Shown here: one piece after another, positions 9,330 through 19,700 of the stretch | Numbering within the stretch: position 1 is the stretch's first letter | Layout: each line of letters starts with the position of its first letter | Source: an uncultured Thermoplasmata archaeon | GTDB lineage: Archaea; Thermoplasmatota; Thermoplasmata; Halarchaeoplasmatales; Halarchaeoplasmataceae | Length of the DNA: 64,000 nt | Assembly: GCA_964433785.1 (NCBI GenBank) | Contig: CAYSTL010000001.1 | Coordinates: 28,324 to 92,323, forward strand | Direction of reading: 5' to 3' | Notes under the pieces: model-generated | Databases searched by the model: none | What the model was told of the DNA's origin: nothing | What the model saw: only the letters and a program-made list of their open reading frames with translations | Made by a program: the position numbers and the translations under genes

Positions 9330-10712
9330 TCATAGCCCTAAAAGATACTTGATCTCTTTGAAGGCTTCGTTCACGTCCTCATCACTTTCTACTTTCATCC
9401 TTTGGATCAGTGCTTCTTTAGCATCTTCAGTTTCGATATCGTCGCTGACATCGAAGATATAGTTACCTAGTGTTAGAACTGCCTGAGTCCTTACCCATTT
9501 GTCATTATCTTCGATCCTTTCGGTCAATTTTCTAAAAGCCTTATCTGTTTGTGTTTTACTGAGATCATTAACATCGATCTGCTTCAAAGCTTCGATCACT
9601 TTCTGTCTGATCTTCCACCTGTCGTCATCGATATAATCCAATATAGTAGGACTCATAGATGAAAAACCTGCTTTACCAAGCGCCACAGATAAGATTATCT
9701 TCTTGTGACCATCATATCTTTTAACTTTGTTCTCTATATTTTCTAACTCTTCTTTTGGGAATTTCGAAACAGCTTCTGATATAGACCACAAAACCCTAGG
9801 ATTCTCTTCAAAATCTATATGTTGAGTTATCAGATTCAACGATCTTTCTGTGTTAACTTCTCCAAGTGTGTAAGCTGCGGCTGATCTTATAGATGGGTCA
9901 TCATCATCTAATTTATGTGATACTTTTTCTATGATATCTTCATCACCGAGTTTACCCAGACTTTTCAGAGCTGCTTCTACCACGTACTTTTTATCGTCCT
10001 CTAGCAGTTGTAGCAGTGGTTTTACAGCGTCTTTGTCTCCTTTATTACCCAGAGCTAAAGCACTGTCTTCTCTTACTCTCCAGCTGCTGTCTTTAAGACC
10101 TTCTAGAAGTACTTTAGTCGCTTCAGATGACTCGATCTTGCTCAATCCTTGTACTGCTGTTTCTCTCACCCATCTATCTCCTTCCTTGAACATCTCTGTC
10201 AGGGGTTCCAATGCTTCTTCTGTACCGATATTACTGATTGCTTTAGCAATATCTTCTTCGAGCTCTATATCATCCATATAGCTCTCTAGGAATGGGATGA
10301 CTTCATTATCGCCTATCTCACCTAGAGCTTCTATAGCTTTCTGTTTTACTTCGAGTTCCTCATCCTCGACAAGATCCTTTAAAGGTTCTATGAATTCTTC
10401 ATCCTTCATCTCTCCCATGGCTATCGCTGTATCATGCCTGACTTCCCACGCATCGTCATCTTTCATATCGATCATCTTCTCTTTTACATGTTCACCATCT
10501 ATGTGACTGATGGCTATGACAGCGTTGGCTCTTACTGTCTTTTCCTCGTCATCTAATCTTTTGACAAGTACTGATAAAACGTCGCTGTCAGCAATCAAGC
10601 CCAGTGCCTTGACAGCCTCTGCTCTTTCTTTACTATTTCCGTCTTCGGCTAACTCGACAAGACCATCGATATCTTTATTTTCCTTCATATCTTCGATATA
10701 CTTCCTAGCCAT
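9330..10712 (-). CDS. HEAT-repeat (PBS-lyase HEAT-like) protein
   Basis: 460 aa of about 30-aa repeats of the form D..W.VR..AA.ALG..GD..A...L. Very acidic. Confidence 0.8.
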   Translation of the reverse strand: MARKYIEDMKENKDIDGLVELAEDGNSKERAEAVKALGLIADSDVLSVLVKRLDDEEKTVRANAVIAISHIDGEHVKEKMIDMKDDDAWEVRHDTAIAMGEMKDEEFIEPLKDLVEDEELEVKQKAIEALGEIGDNEVIPFLESYMDDIELEEDIAKAISNIGTEEALEPLTEMFKEGDRWVRETAVQGLSKIESSEATKVLLEGLKDSSWRVREDSALALGNKGDKDAVKPLLQLLEDDKKYVVEAALKSLGKLGDEDIIEKVSHKLDDDDPSIRSAAAYTLGEVNTERSLNLITQHIDFEENPRVLWSISEAVSKFPKEELENIENKVKRYDGHKKIILSVALGKAGFSSMSPTILDYIDDDRWKIRQKVIEALKQIDVNDLSKTQTDKAFRKLTERIEDNDKWVRTQAVLTLGNYIFDVSDDIETEDAKEALIQRMKVESDEDVNEAFKEIKYLLGL

Positions 10713-10718
10713 AGTAGT

Positions 10719-12587
10719 TCATATCCTGTTTTGGATCTCCTCTCTCAGTATCTTGCTTATCTCTTCACCATCAGCTTTACCTTTGAGATCTTTCATCAGT
10801 ACGCCCATCAACGGACCTACAGCACCCATCTCTCTTTCTTTTACGAAATCTATCCTCTCCTCTACCACTTCTACTATCTTTTCTCTTAATTTTTCTTCAC
10901 CGAGAGATTCCAAACCTGCACTTTCTATCGCATCGTCTATATTTTTACCTTTTGATAGTTCTTTAAGTAGATCGGAGATACCTTCCTTAGCAAATTCACC
11001 CTCATCGAAGCTTTCGAATAGTTCCATCAGTTGCTCATCGGTGATATTTTCCATATCATGATCTTCTTTTTCCAAGTCAGGGTAGATATGTAAAAACATA
11101 TTAGCCGCCACCGAAGGATGCTCGTATTCACTGACCAGATCTTCGAATATGATATCATATCCTTTTCTAAACAACTGTTCACTCTGCTGTTGGTTGAGAT
11201 CATATTCAGATTGAAATCGTTCTATCTTCTCATTCGGTGTTTCGGGGAGATTCTTTTTTAGATATTTTAGGTGTTCTTCTGAAACTGAACACGGTGGGAT
11301 ATCTGTTTCGGGATACATCCTCGCTTCTCCCGATAGAGGTCTAAGGAAAGTTGTAGTTCCATCTTGCTGTGCTTTTCTTGTCTCTTCAGGTACTCCCTGC
11401 AGAGCCATCTTCGCTCTCTCTATGACCTTTTCCAATGCATTTCTCGATTTTTCTTCTGATTCTGTTACTAATGCAAATGCATCATCTTCTCCAACATCTA
11501 ATCTCTCAGATACGTTTTCAATCTCTTTCTCTGTTATACCAAATTTAGGTAATTCATCGCTGTGGAATATTCCTGCAACACCAGTCTTTTTTGCATAATC
11601 CGCGAACTCGGGACCTAGTAGTGCTTCTCCTTCTTCACCTCTCAGCATCCCATCGAATCCTTTTAATTTGATGGCAAAGACACCATTACCTTTGTTCAAA
11701 CTACCTTTGATGATACCGCTGTCACAATCTTCGAACAAGTCAGTCACATCGTGTATTTCTTCTTCAACCTCAGCATCTCTTTCATTCAATTCTTCTTTGA
11801 TCTCCAACAATCTAACTTGTCTATCTACTTCGTTCTCAACATATTCAGGGAGCATATCTAGTTCTTGAACACCTTTCATCTCGACACGTGCACCTTCTTC
11901 TATGGAAACATTAAGATCTTCACGTATACTACCGATGCCTCTTTTGACTTTCCTGGTACCTCGGAAAAGACCACCTATTGTCTGTGCAACGGTTTTAGCT
12001 TCGTCAGGTGATGTGATATCCGGGTCTGTAGCTATCTCAACAAGTGGAATACCAAGTCTGTCCAATCGATATACTTTTTCACCTTTCTTCTCCTCGATAC
12101 TTCTAGCTGCATCTTCTTCCAAACATATTGAGGGTATTCCGATCTTCTTACCTTCGACTTCTAATTCACCATTCATCGCTATTAAGCTGGTCCTCTGGAA
12201 TCCACTAGTGTTAGAACCATCGATAACTATCTTCCTCATGAACTGTATCTCGTCCATTATATCTGCATCTGCGTAGAGTGCCATCGTTAATGCAAGGTCT
12301 AACGCTTCTTCATCTGGACCCTCTGGTGGTTCTTCATCTAACTCAACTAAACAGGATGATGATTTAGGAGATTGATATCTAAATTTCAGTCCTTTGAGAG
12401 CTTCCATCTTGGCAGCTTCATCGACCTCGCCTAGCTCGCTTTCAGTGGGTCTCAATTCTCTTTTGTAGGTATCTCCTTCGTCATCAACAAGATTTGAGTC
12501 GCAGTCACAGAACAGTTTTTTCGTATCCAACTGCTGGTGTATCTCTAGACCACATTTCAATCCGAGTTCTTCATAATCTCTTTCCAT
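10719..12587 (-). CDS. gatE: Glu-tRNA(Gln) amidotransferase subunit E
   Basis: 622 aa. N-terminal GLKCGLEIHQQL and the GatB/E core. Directly downstream of gatD. Confidence 0.95.
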   Translation of the reverse strand: MERDYEELGLKCGLEIHQQLDTKKLFCDCDSNLVDDEGDTYKRELRPTESELGEVDEAAKMEALKGLKFRYQSPKSSSCLVELDEEPPEGPDEEALDLALTMALYADADIMDEIQFMRKIVIDGSNTSGFQRTSLIAMNGELEVEGKKIGIPSICLEEDAARSIEEKKGEKVYRLDRLGIPLVEIATDPDITSPDEAKTVAQTIGGLFRGTRKVKRGIGSIREDLNVSIEEGARVEMKGVQELDMLPEYVENEVDRQVRLLEIKEELNERDAEVEEEIHDVTDLFEDCDSGIIKGSLNKGNGVFAIKLKGFDGMLRGEEGEALLGPEFADYAKKTGVAGIFHSDELPKFGITEKEIENVSERLDVGEDDAFALVTESEEKSRNALEKVIERAKMALQGVPEETRKAQQDGTTTFLRPLSGEARMYPETDIPPCSVSEEHLKYLKKNLPETPNEKIERFQSEYDLNQQQSEQLFRKGYDIIFEDLVSEYEHPSVAANMFLHIYPDLEKEDHDMENITDEQLMELFESFDEGEFAKEGISDLLKELSKGKNIDDAIESAGLESLGEEKLREKIVEVVEERIDFVKEREMGAVGPLMGVLMKDLKGKADGEEISKILREEIQNRI

Positions 12588-12591
12588 GATA

Positions 12592-13851
12592 TCACCTCGT
12601 CCTCCTTTCGCTTATCTCACCAGCGATTTTAGTTTTCATCATCTCTTCAACATCTTCGTCTAGACTCAAAGCCCACATCAGTTTTACAAGAGCTGTTTCT
12701 GGAAGCATGTCCCCTACAGGTATCACACCTGCTTCAAGTATCTGTCTTCCTGCGGAGTAAACGTGATCATTTACAGTCCCATTCAAGCACTGACTGGACA
12801 TAACAACTGGTTTTCCTTCATCAATTATTTTCTTTAATTCTGGTATCAATTTGGTCTTCATATGGCCTAACCCAGTACCAGCTATCACGATACCTTTGCT
12901 CTTTCCAGCACTCTTTATATCCTCTTCCATAATTCCTGGATGAGCGTATATCATGCTTACGTCCTCTACCACACTACCTTTCTTTTCAAGCTCTCCATCT
13001 AGCTTCTTAGGTTCGATATTCAATTCTATATCTCCAGATTCTGGAATCACAAATCCTACAGGTTCCGAGTTTATAGATCGGAATGCATCTCTTCTGCTCG
13101 TGTGCATCTTCCTTACCTTCGTTCCTTTATGTATCGCACATCTATCATCCGACATGCTTTCATGCATCACTACGTAGACTCCATTCAGCTCGGATTTGGC
13201 GACCTCTACAGCCGCTAACAAGTTCAAGTGTGCATCGCTGGAAGGTCTATCGCTGGAACGCTGTGAACCGACTAATACTACCGGTACTGGTAAATTCTGT
13301 AAAATGAAAGATAAAGCTGCTGAAGTATATCCCATAGTATCGGTTCCATGAGAGATCACTATACCCTCAGCACCATCTTCTACCTCTTCGATCACTTTAT
13401 CAGCTATATCTACCCAATCTTGAGGTTCTATATTTTCACTCAACTTGCTGAACAATATCTCGACTTTAGGATTGCATCTTTCACCGATCTCAGGATTCGA
13501 ATACAATACGTCTTCAGCACTCTGAGCAGGATGTACAGCACCGGTCTTATACTCTACATAACTCGCTATCGTTCCACCTGTGCCAATTATCGAAATGTTA
13601 GGTTTGCTCTCATCCACTTCCACTCTTTTTTCCTTCTCCGTCTTTATACCCTCTCTCTTCTGGATGAGATCAACTTCTGTATCTTCATCTATCTTATAAC
13701 CTATATTGTAACCGTTATCCAACTTGATCGTGATTATATCCTCACCGCTGAAACGATGATGAGGCATCAATATACCTTCGTAACTTCTCTCTTCATCTTC
13801 TATCTTTATACGATCGCCTACATCGATCCCTTCTAGTAACTTCTCTCTCAT
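12592..13851 (-). CDS. gatD: Glu-tRNA(Gln) amidotransferase subunit D
   Basis: 419 aa. Asparaginase-type motifs IIGTGGTIAS and SHGTDTM. Archaea-specific GatDE pair. Confidence 0.95.
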   Translation of the reverse strand: MREKLLEGIDVGDRIKIEDEERSYEGILMPHHRFSGEDIITIKLDNGYNIGYKIDEDTEVDLIQKREGIKTEKEKRVEVDESKPNISIIGTGGTIASYVEYKTGAVHPAQSAEDVLYSNPEIGERCNPKVEILFSKLSENIEPQDWVDIADKVIEEVEDGAEGIVISHGTDTMGYTSAALSFILQNLPVPVVLVGSQRSSDRPSSDAHLNLLAAVEVAKSELNGVYVVMHESMSDDRCAIHKGTKVRKMHTSRRDAFRSINSEPVGFVIPESGDIELNIEPKKLDGELEKKGSVVEDVSMIYAHPGIMEEDIKSAGKSKGIVIAGTGLGHMKTKLIPELKKIIDEGKPVVMSSQCLNGTVNDHVYSAGRQILEAGVIPVGDMLPETALVKLMWALSLDEDVEEMMKTKIAGEISERRTR

Positions 13852-14006
13852 GATATCTGCAATGAAAAAAGAGTAGTAGTAAAAAACAATTTTTGTTTAG
13901 AAGGAAGTTTACTGAAAAGATTAATTTTTATTTTGCAAAGCGAAAATTAATATTTAAAAAGTGAAAGGAAAAAATTATATAAGTTTTGATTCAATATTTG
14001 AATAAT

Positions 14007-14213
14007 ATGGAATCCTTAGAAAAAATGATTAAATCTCTACCACCAGAACTACGTGATGAGGCTAGAGATTATATTGAATTTTTAATCGAAAAGCATCATA
14101 GGGGTAAGAAAAAGAAATTATCTTTGAACTGGGCTGGGGATCTAAAAAAATACAAAGATGAATTTACATCATTAGAATTAGAAGAAAAAAGTAAAGATTG
14201 GTGGGGGGAATAA
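14007..14213 (+). CDS. type II antitoxin (DUF2281/VapB-like)
   Basis: 68 aa from the ATG at 14007. SLPPELRDEARDYIEFLIEK motif. Its stop abuts the GTG start of the PIN gene. Confidence 0.55.
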   Translation: MESLEKMIKSLPPELRDEARDYIEFLIEKHHRGKKKKLSLNWAGDLKKYKDEFTSLELEEKSKDWWGE

Positions 14214-14612
14214 GTGTACCTTGTTGATACAAATATATGGTTAGAAGTTTTACTTGAACAGGATAAAGAAAATGAGGCACATGAGTTTTTATCTAAACAT
14301 GAATCATCTTCACTCTGTATAACAGATTTTTCAGTATTTTCAATTGGAGTAATTTTTTCTAGATTAGATGAGATGGATGTTTTAGAAAAATTTTATGATG
14401 ATGTAATAAGAGATTCAGAAGTAAATATATTAAGATTATATCCAAATCATCTTCACAAAATAATAAAAGTTTCAGATAAATTTGGATTAGATTTTGATGA
14501 TTCCTACCAATACTTATCTGCTTTAGAATATGACTTAGATTTAATAAGCTTTGATGATGATTTTGATGATACTGATTTAGAACGGTTTACACCGAAACAG
14601 ATTATTAGTTGA
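14214..14612 (+). CDS. vapC: PIN-domain ribonuclease toxin VapC
   Basis: 132 aa. N-terminal YLVDTNIWLE (first PIN Asp) and acidic residues later (FDDSYQY, SFDDDF). Confidence 0.75.
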   Translation: MYLVDTNIWLEVLLEQDKENEAHEFLSKHESSSLCITDFSVFSIGVIFSRLDEMDVLEKFYDDVIRDSEVNILRLYPNHLHKIIKVSDKFGLDFDDSYQYLSALEYDLDLISFDDDFDDTDLERFTPKQIIS

Positions 14613-14638
14613 TCTAATTATAAAATTATATTTGCGAT

Positions 14639-14947
14639 TTATTTTATTATTTCATCTAACTTCTTATTAGCTAATTTTTTTGAAATCTTTTCGATCTCCT
14701 CTGTTTTCTCTTTTTGCAATTTAATTTCCTCTTTATTGTTACCAATATAATCGATAGCTGCTTCTACACCTTCTTTTTCAACACAATAATGTTCACAAAT
14801 TTCCTGTACACTGAGATCTGATTCAAAATACCATATATAAATATTCAATACACTGATTCTAGTACCTTCAATTCTAGGTTTACCATTAAGTGTGTCTTTG
14901 GTTGATACAATCCAACCTGATTCATCTAGTTCTTTTGTTTCAGTCAT
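14639..14947 (-). CDS. DUF433 domain protein (antitoxin-like HTH)
   Basis: 102 aa. GKPRIEGTRISVLNIYIWY...SVQEICEHY...EAAIDY matches the DUF433 pattern. Confidence 0.65.
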   Translation of the reverse strand: MTETKELDESGWIVSTKDTLNGKPRIEGTRISVLNIYIWYFESDLSVQEICEHYCVEKEGVEAAIDYIGNNKEEIKLQKEKTEEIEKISKKLANKKLDEIIK

Positions 14948-14997
14948 ATAATTTATAAATTATTTCTCACTATTTTTAACTTTGTTTATTCAAACAA

Positions 14998-16671
14998 TTA
15001 TCTTTTCCTATTTCGATTAATGCCCACTATCACTAGGCATATTATTAGTATTATCATCGTAAACCCAGGAACTTGATCTGGATCTTCTTCCACTGGTACT
15101 GTTTCTCCCACAACTAGAGATTTAGGTCCTTCACCAGCTTCGTTCACCGCACTTACGCAATAGAAATATTCTTCTCCCTCTTCAACATTTACATCTGTAT
15201 AATTTATATCGGTATAATCATCAGATGTGACAGTATCTAACAGTGTTAGATTCTCTTCTGAAGTACCTCTATAAATATTGTACTTCTGTATTCCACCCAT
15301 CCCTTCATCTTCAGGTGAACCCCATGAGAGTTCAACTTTATCAGGTTCCATTTGAATATCTAATTCCATTATCTCTGAAGGATATGGATCTTCACCTATA
15401 GCGTATATAGTTTTATTTACTCTCGTGTATATCGTTCCATATTCACCGATAACAGGAGATGTAAGCATACCAGAGTCTTCGTAAGTGTAGTTCCATTTTT
15501 GTGTTCCATCAGGTGAGATAGAGAATAATATTTTTTTATCGAAGGTAGATTGCATAGCGAGTCTTTGAGCTGTCAGGTAAACGATACCATTCTTTCCAAC
15601 AACAGGACTAGAAGCCATGTTCCTTTGAAGATTCCAAGGCAGTTTTTTATCAATTTTGAATGTCCATCTTGTCTTACCATTTGGGCTTATACGATATAAT
15701 GAAGGTGGTTCGTCGATGGATTTATCGCTTCCAACAGTCAGATAAATAGTGCCATTCTCCGTTATAGCCGGTCCTCTTGCAATATAAGAATCAAAATATT
15801 TCGACCATTTTTTATCTCCATTTTGATCTAATGCGATTATCGATGATTCATCACCATAGAAACCACCTGTATATACCGTATTAGAAGGTCCAATGCTGAC
15901 AAAAGTGATCATCTCTAGGTCTTCTTCTAAAGAGACATTCCATTTTTCCTCACCCTGCTTATTCAGTGCATATATGGTATTGATCCCATCCACATATATT
16001 GTTCCATCATCGATCGCTGGTCTAGAATAATTATTAAATGTCCACTTGATTTCACCCTGCTTATTCAAACAGTAGAGTTTATTTTCCCCTTTACCTAAGT
16101 TAAAAGCACCCACATAAATAGACTCTGAATCTATCACGATATTATCGGTAATATTACCGAATAGTGTTTTACTCCATCTCTCTGTACCATCTTCATTTAA
16201 AGCATATATCGTGTTGCCAGAACCTGTATATATTGTGTCTTTATCTAAACCTAATAGTTTGATGTTTTTATGATCTAGAGTATATTCTTCATAGATAGAA
16301 CCGTCAGATTCATTCACAATAGTTAAGACACTCTCATTTTTACCAGATGATCTTCTGATATAAACTAGACCATTCTCTCCAACGAACATATCTGACATGA
16401 TCTTGGAATTTTTGGAAGAAGTATTATGCATCCATTTAAGTGATCCTTCGATATAAGAAGTATCATAAGGAGATCTGCGAGTATGTAATGGATTCTGATC
16501 TACCATAGGCCAAGGTAGACATTCTGAAGATCCATCCACAGTACTTTTTTCTATTTTCTTTACTTTTTCTTCTGAAACATCTAAAGAAACAATAAAAGTC
16601 GAGAATAACAGTACTAAAATTATGAGGATAGTCAGTAATTTCTTTTTATAGATGTTCTTCATATATTTCAA
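14998..16671 (-). CDS. secreted PQQ-like beta-propeller repeat protein with FN3 domain and PGF-CTERM sorting signal
   Basis: 557 aa. N-terminal signal/TM. Repeated ...IYALN..G...W... blades. FN3-like YNIYRGTSEENL...YFYCVSAVNEAGEG. C-terminus VPGFTMIILIICLVIVGINRNRKR has PGF, a TM helix and a basic tail (nt 15001-15069). Confidence 0.75.
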   Translation of the reverse strand: MKYMKNIYKKKLLTILIILVLLFSTFIVSLDVSEEKVKKIEKSTVDGSSECLPWPMVDQNPLHTRRSPYDTSYIEGSLKWMHNTSSKNSKIMSDMFVGENGLVYIRRSSGKNESVLTIVNESDGSIYEEYTLDHKNIKLLGLDKDTIYTGSGNTIYALNEDGTERWSKTLFGNITDNIVIDSESIYVGAFNLGKGENKLYCLNKQGEIKWTFNNYSRPAIDDGTIYVDGINTIYALNKQGEEKWNVSLEEDLEMITFVSIGPSNTVYTGGFYGDESSIIALDQNGDKKWSKYFDSYIARGPAITENGTIYLTVGSDKSIDEPPSLYRISPNGKTRWTFKIDKKLPWNLQRNMASSPVVGKNGIVYLTAQRLAMQSTFDKKILFSISPDGTQKWNYTYEDSGMLTSPVIGEYGTIYTRVNKTIYAIGEDPYPSEIMELDIQMEPDKVELSWGSPEDEGMGGIQKYNIYRGTSEENLTLLDTVTSDDYTDINYTDVNVEEGEEYFYCVSAVNEAGEGPKSLVVGETVPVEEDPDQVPGFTMIILIICLVIVGINRNRKR

Positions 16672-16742
16672 CCCATTTAAACAATATAGTAGTTATATTT
16701 TAATTTTTTTTTGATTCGTGATATAAATAAATCAATATATGT

Positions 16743-19700
16743 CTAATCTTTAGTTTTTAAATAATATATCGCAACAGAGATCATCATACCCATTATCAAA
16801 GCAATTACTAGATATCCGATTGAACCTATTCCATCCGACTTCCCTCCATCTCCCCCTTTAACTTTTATTTCAACAACATCAGTATCTGTGTTTCCTGCTT
16901 TGTCGGTAACTGTCAAATTGACCTTATAATTTCCCTTCTTATCGAATTCATGTTCTACAAACTTTCCATATTCACTCTCCCCGTCACTAAAGTTCCATTC
17001 ATAGCTTACTATTCCAATGTTATCAGTAGATCCAGAGCCATCAAGTGTAAATTTCTCCCCAATATCCACAGTTATATCATCTCCTGCATCTGCAGTGGGT
17101 GGTTCAGATGATCTAACGGAAACTTGTAGATGATCTTCATCCAGGTGTTCTCCTTTATCAAAAACCCTCAGATATACATCGTATTCACCTGGTTCTTCAA
17201 AAATATAATTTTCATTTTCTCCAAAAACCTTTTTATCCTCAATTATCCAGGTGTAATTCGTTAGCTCTCCATTGTCAGTGGATTTGGATCCGTCTAAAGT
17301 CACTTCTGCACCTGCTTCAGTAATTATATCTCCTCCAGCATCTGCAACTGGGGGAGTGGTATCTCTGACGGTCACGTTAAGTGAATCTGTATCAAAATTA
17401 TCACCATGATCGATCACTTTCAAGGTAACTTTATATCTGCCTGGATCCTCAAAAGTATAGGTTATAGATTCTCCTTGATAATTATAACCTTCTATGGTCC
17501 ATAAATAGCTCTTTATCCCGTAATCATCCCATGATCCAAAACCGTTTAAACTCACTTTTTCATCTTCGTCAGTTATGATATCATTACCAGCAACTGCTAC
17601 GGGATCATCAAAATCTTTGACAAAGACTTTAACTGTATCTGTATCCACATTACCTGCAGCATCCTTAACTTCAAGAGTTGCTTCATACGTTCCAATCTTT
17701 TCAAATCTATGTTTTACAGTTTTTCCATAAAGTGTTTCATCACCTATATCCCAGGTATAATTTACAATATCTCTATTGTCGTAGGAATCTGAAGCATCTA
17801 ATTTTACATCTTCTTTATAACTTATCGTTTTATCGTAACCTGCATCCGCTGTAGGATCTATCGTATCATGTGTTAGAAAATTGAATGAGTAAGGTGTTCC
17901 TTTATTTCCATACTCATCTTCAAAATCATATATCTTGACTGTGACTTTTTCATTAGGATTCCATTTTTCAACCGACCATACTGCTGTATCATTTTCATTT
18001 ATAGTGGTTTTCCAACCTAAGAACTCCCAACCACCCGGATCGGTTCCGTTGACCACTTTTAGTTCAGGTATTTTAGAAGTGTTCATCGATTTAGTAAATA
18101 CTACACTTACATCTTTATCAGAGTCTTTGATAAAGGAATTATCTTCAGGTGTGGTATTGAATATATTGATTTCTCTCAAACTTTCATACCAATGATCCCT
18201 TCGGTATGGATATCCATCACCTTGGTCAAATCTTATCAGATCAACTTGTTTTTCTTCTGTATCTACGGTTTTAGCCATGAATGGTCCCTGAGAGGAGAAT
18301 ACATGACCATATCTTTCATAGAAATGTATTATCGAATTGATCTCAGAGTTATACTGGTTTTGTGATAATGTGATGGGAGCGTTATTTTCTTCTCTCAGAT
18401 ACCAAGGCATCCAATCTTTTCCGGTCATATTTTCTAATGTACTGACAAAATCTTCACCCTGTGATTTTGACAGCCAGTGGATCCAGTTATCTGCTGTGTA
18501 ATCCCAACTATATGTACTACTATTTGATGGAATGAATGTCTCATTTTGAGTGACCAAAAACTGAGCAGCTTCGTAGAGCTGATGTGGAACTACCGGGAAA
18601 GTGTATTCTGTATAATACTTTCCTACCTCATCATCGATAGGAGAATTAAAGTTCCCCCATATCGTATAGGTTCCATTGTTTTCATCCCATTTAGTAGCAA
18701 CGATTGAATCGTACCATGGTTTAGCATCATTGCTGAACCCTTTATTGTACCATGTATTGTTTTCATCATCTTTGTAGACTAATTCTTTCATGAAAGCGTA
18801 ATTCGATATGAGATCTTTAAGAGTCAGATCGTGACCATCATGCCATTTACTCGTTTTTACATCATACATGACTTTTACAGCGGATCCTGTGTTCGAATCA
18901 ACATTTTCCCATCTCTGAATCTTTGTATTGTATTTTACAGCATCTTCAGGAACTGAAATATTTTTATCTAGGATCATCGCACCAGTTTCATTCTCATACC
19001 AGTGGTAATCCTTCACAACTCGATTTTTTTCACCGTTAGTTGTCCAGTCACATCTGAATGGGATCGGTTTACCTGTTCTAGGATGAAAGGCTGCTCCAGT
19101 ATCCATAAGCATCCGTTTCTGCTGTAATCCATATGGATGGGCAGAACCATCTATTTCATTCCAATTATCCCTGTATAAAGTACCCTGTGATGAATAGCTA
19201 GCGAACGTTAAATTATCTTTATAACTGTAAATAGTTCTAGGAGTAAAATAGTCACTCCATCCTGTAATAACATCAGTTACTGCTGTTTTGACTTTGTTTT
19301 TGTTATATGTGTAGTATTCGTTTTTAGTTGAAAGAAAAAGCCTAATCGATTCGTTTACACCTATTCTGGTTACTTTTTCCATATATTTCCAGTACTGATC
19401 GATACTGTTTATTTGGTTTTCATATAATCGCTTAGATATTCTTTCTAGTGTTTGATTTCCAGTTCCATTATATCCATAATTATAATCTGGATCATCTATA
19501 AAGCCACCTGGCATATAATCGTACCATCCAGCGTACATATGAGCGGGTTGTTTACTTTGATAATATTTAGCTGACTGACTTATCCACCTTCCTGTGTAAA
19601 AACTCCAATGTAAATCAGCGGGATCACTTCCCCAAACTATTGAACCATATCCATAATCAAATTTAGGCACATATGATTCTATGCCACATTCTTCTAGTAT

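Noticed and set aside
9931-11061. Three Ser-rich plus-strand ORFs (116, 69 and 183 aa)
   Set aside because: They are antisense to the HEAT-repeat gene and the gatE 3' end. Their poly-Ser/Leu composition mirrors GAA/GAT/AAG-rich sense codons, and none has an RBS or a recognisable motif.
13348-13836. 162-aa plus-strand ORF rich in Tyr/Phe/Ile
   Set aside because: It is antisense to gatD, with no motif and no RBS.
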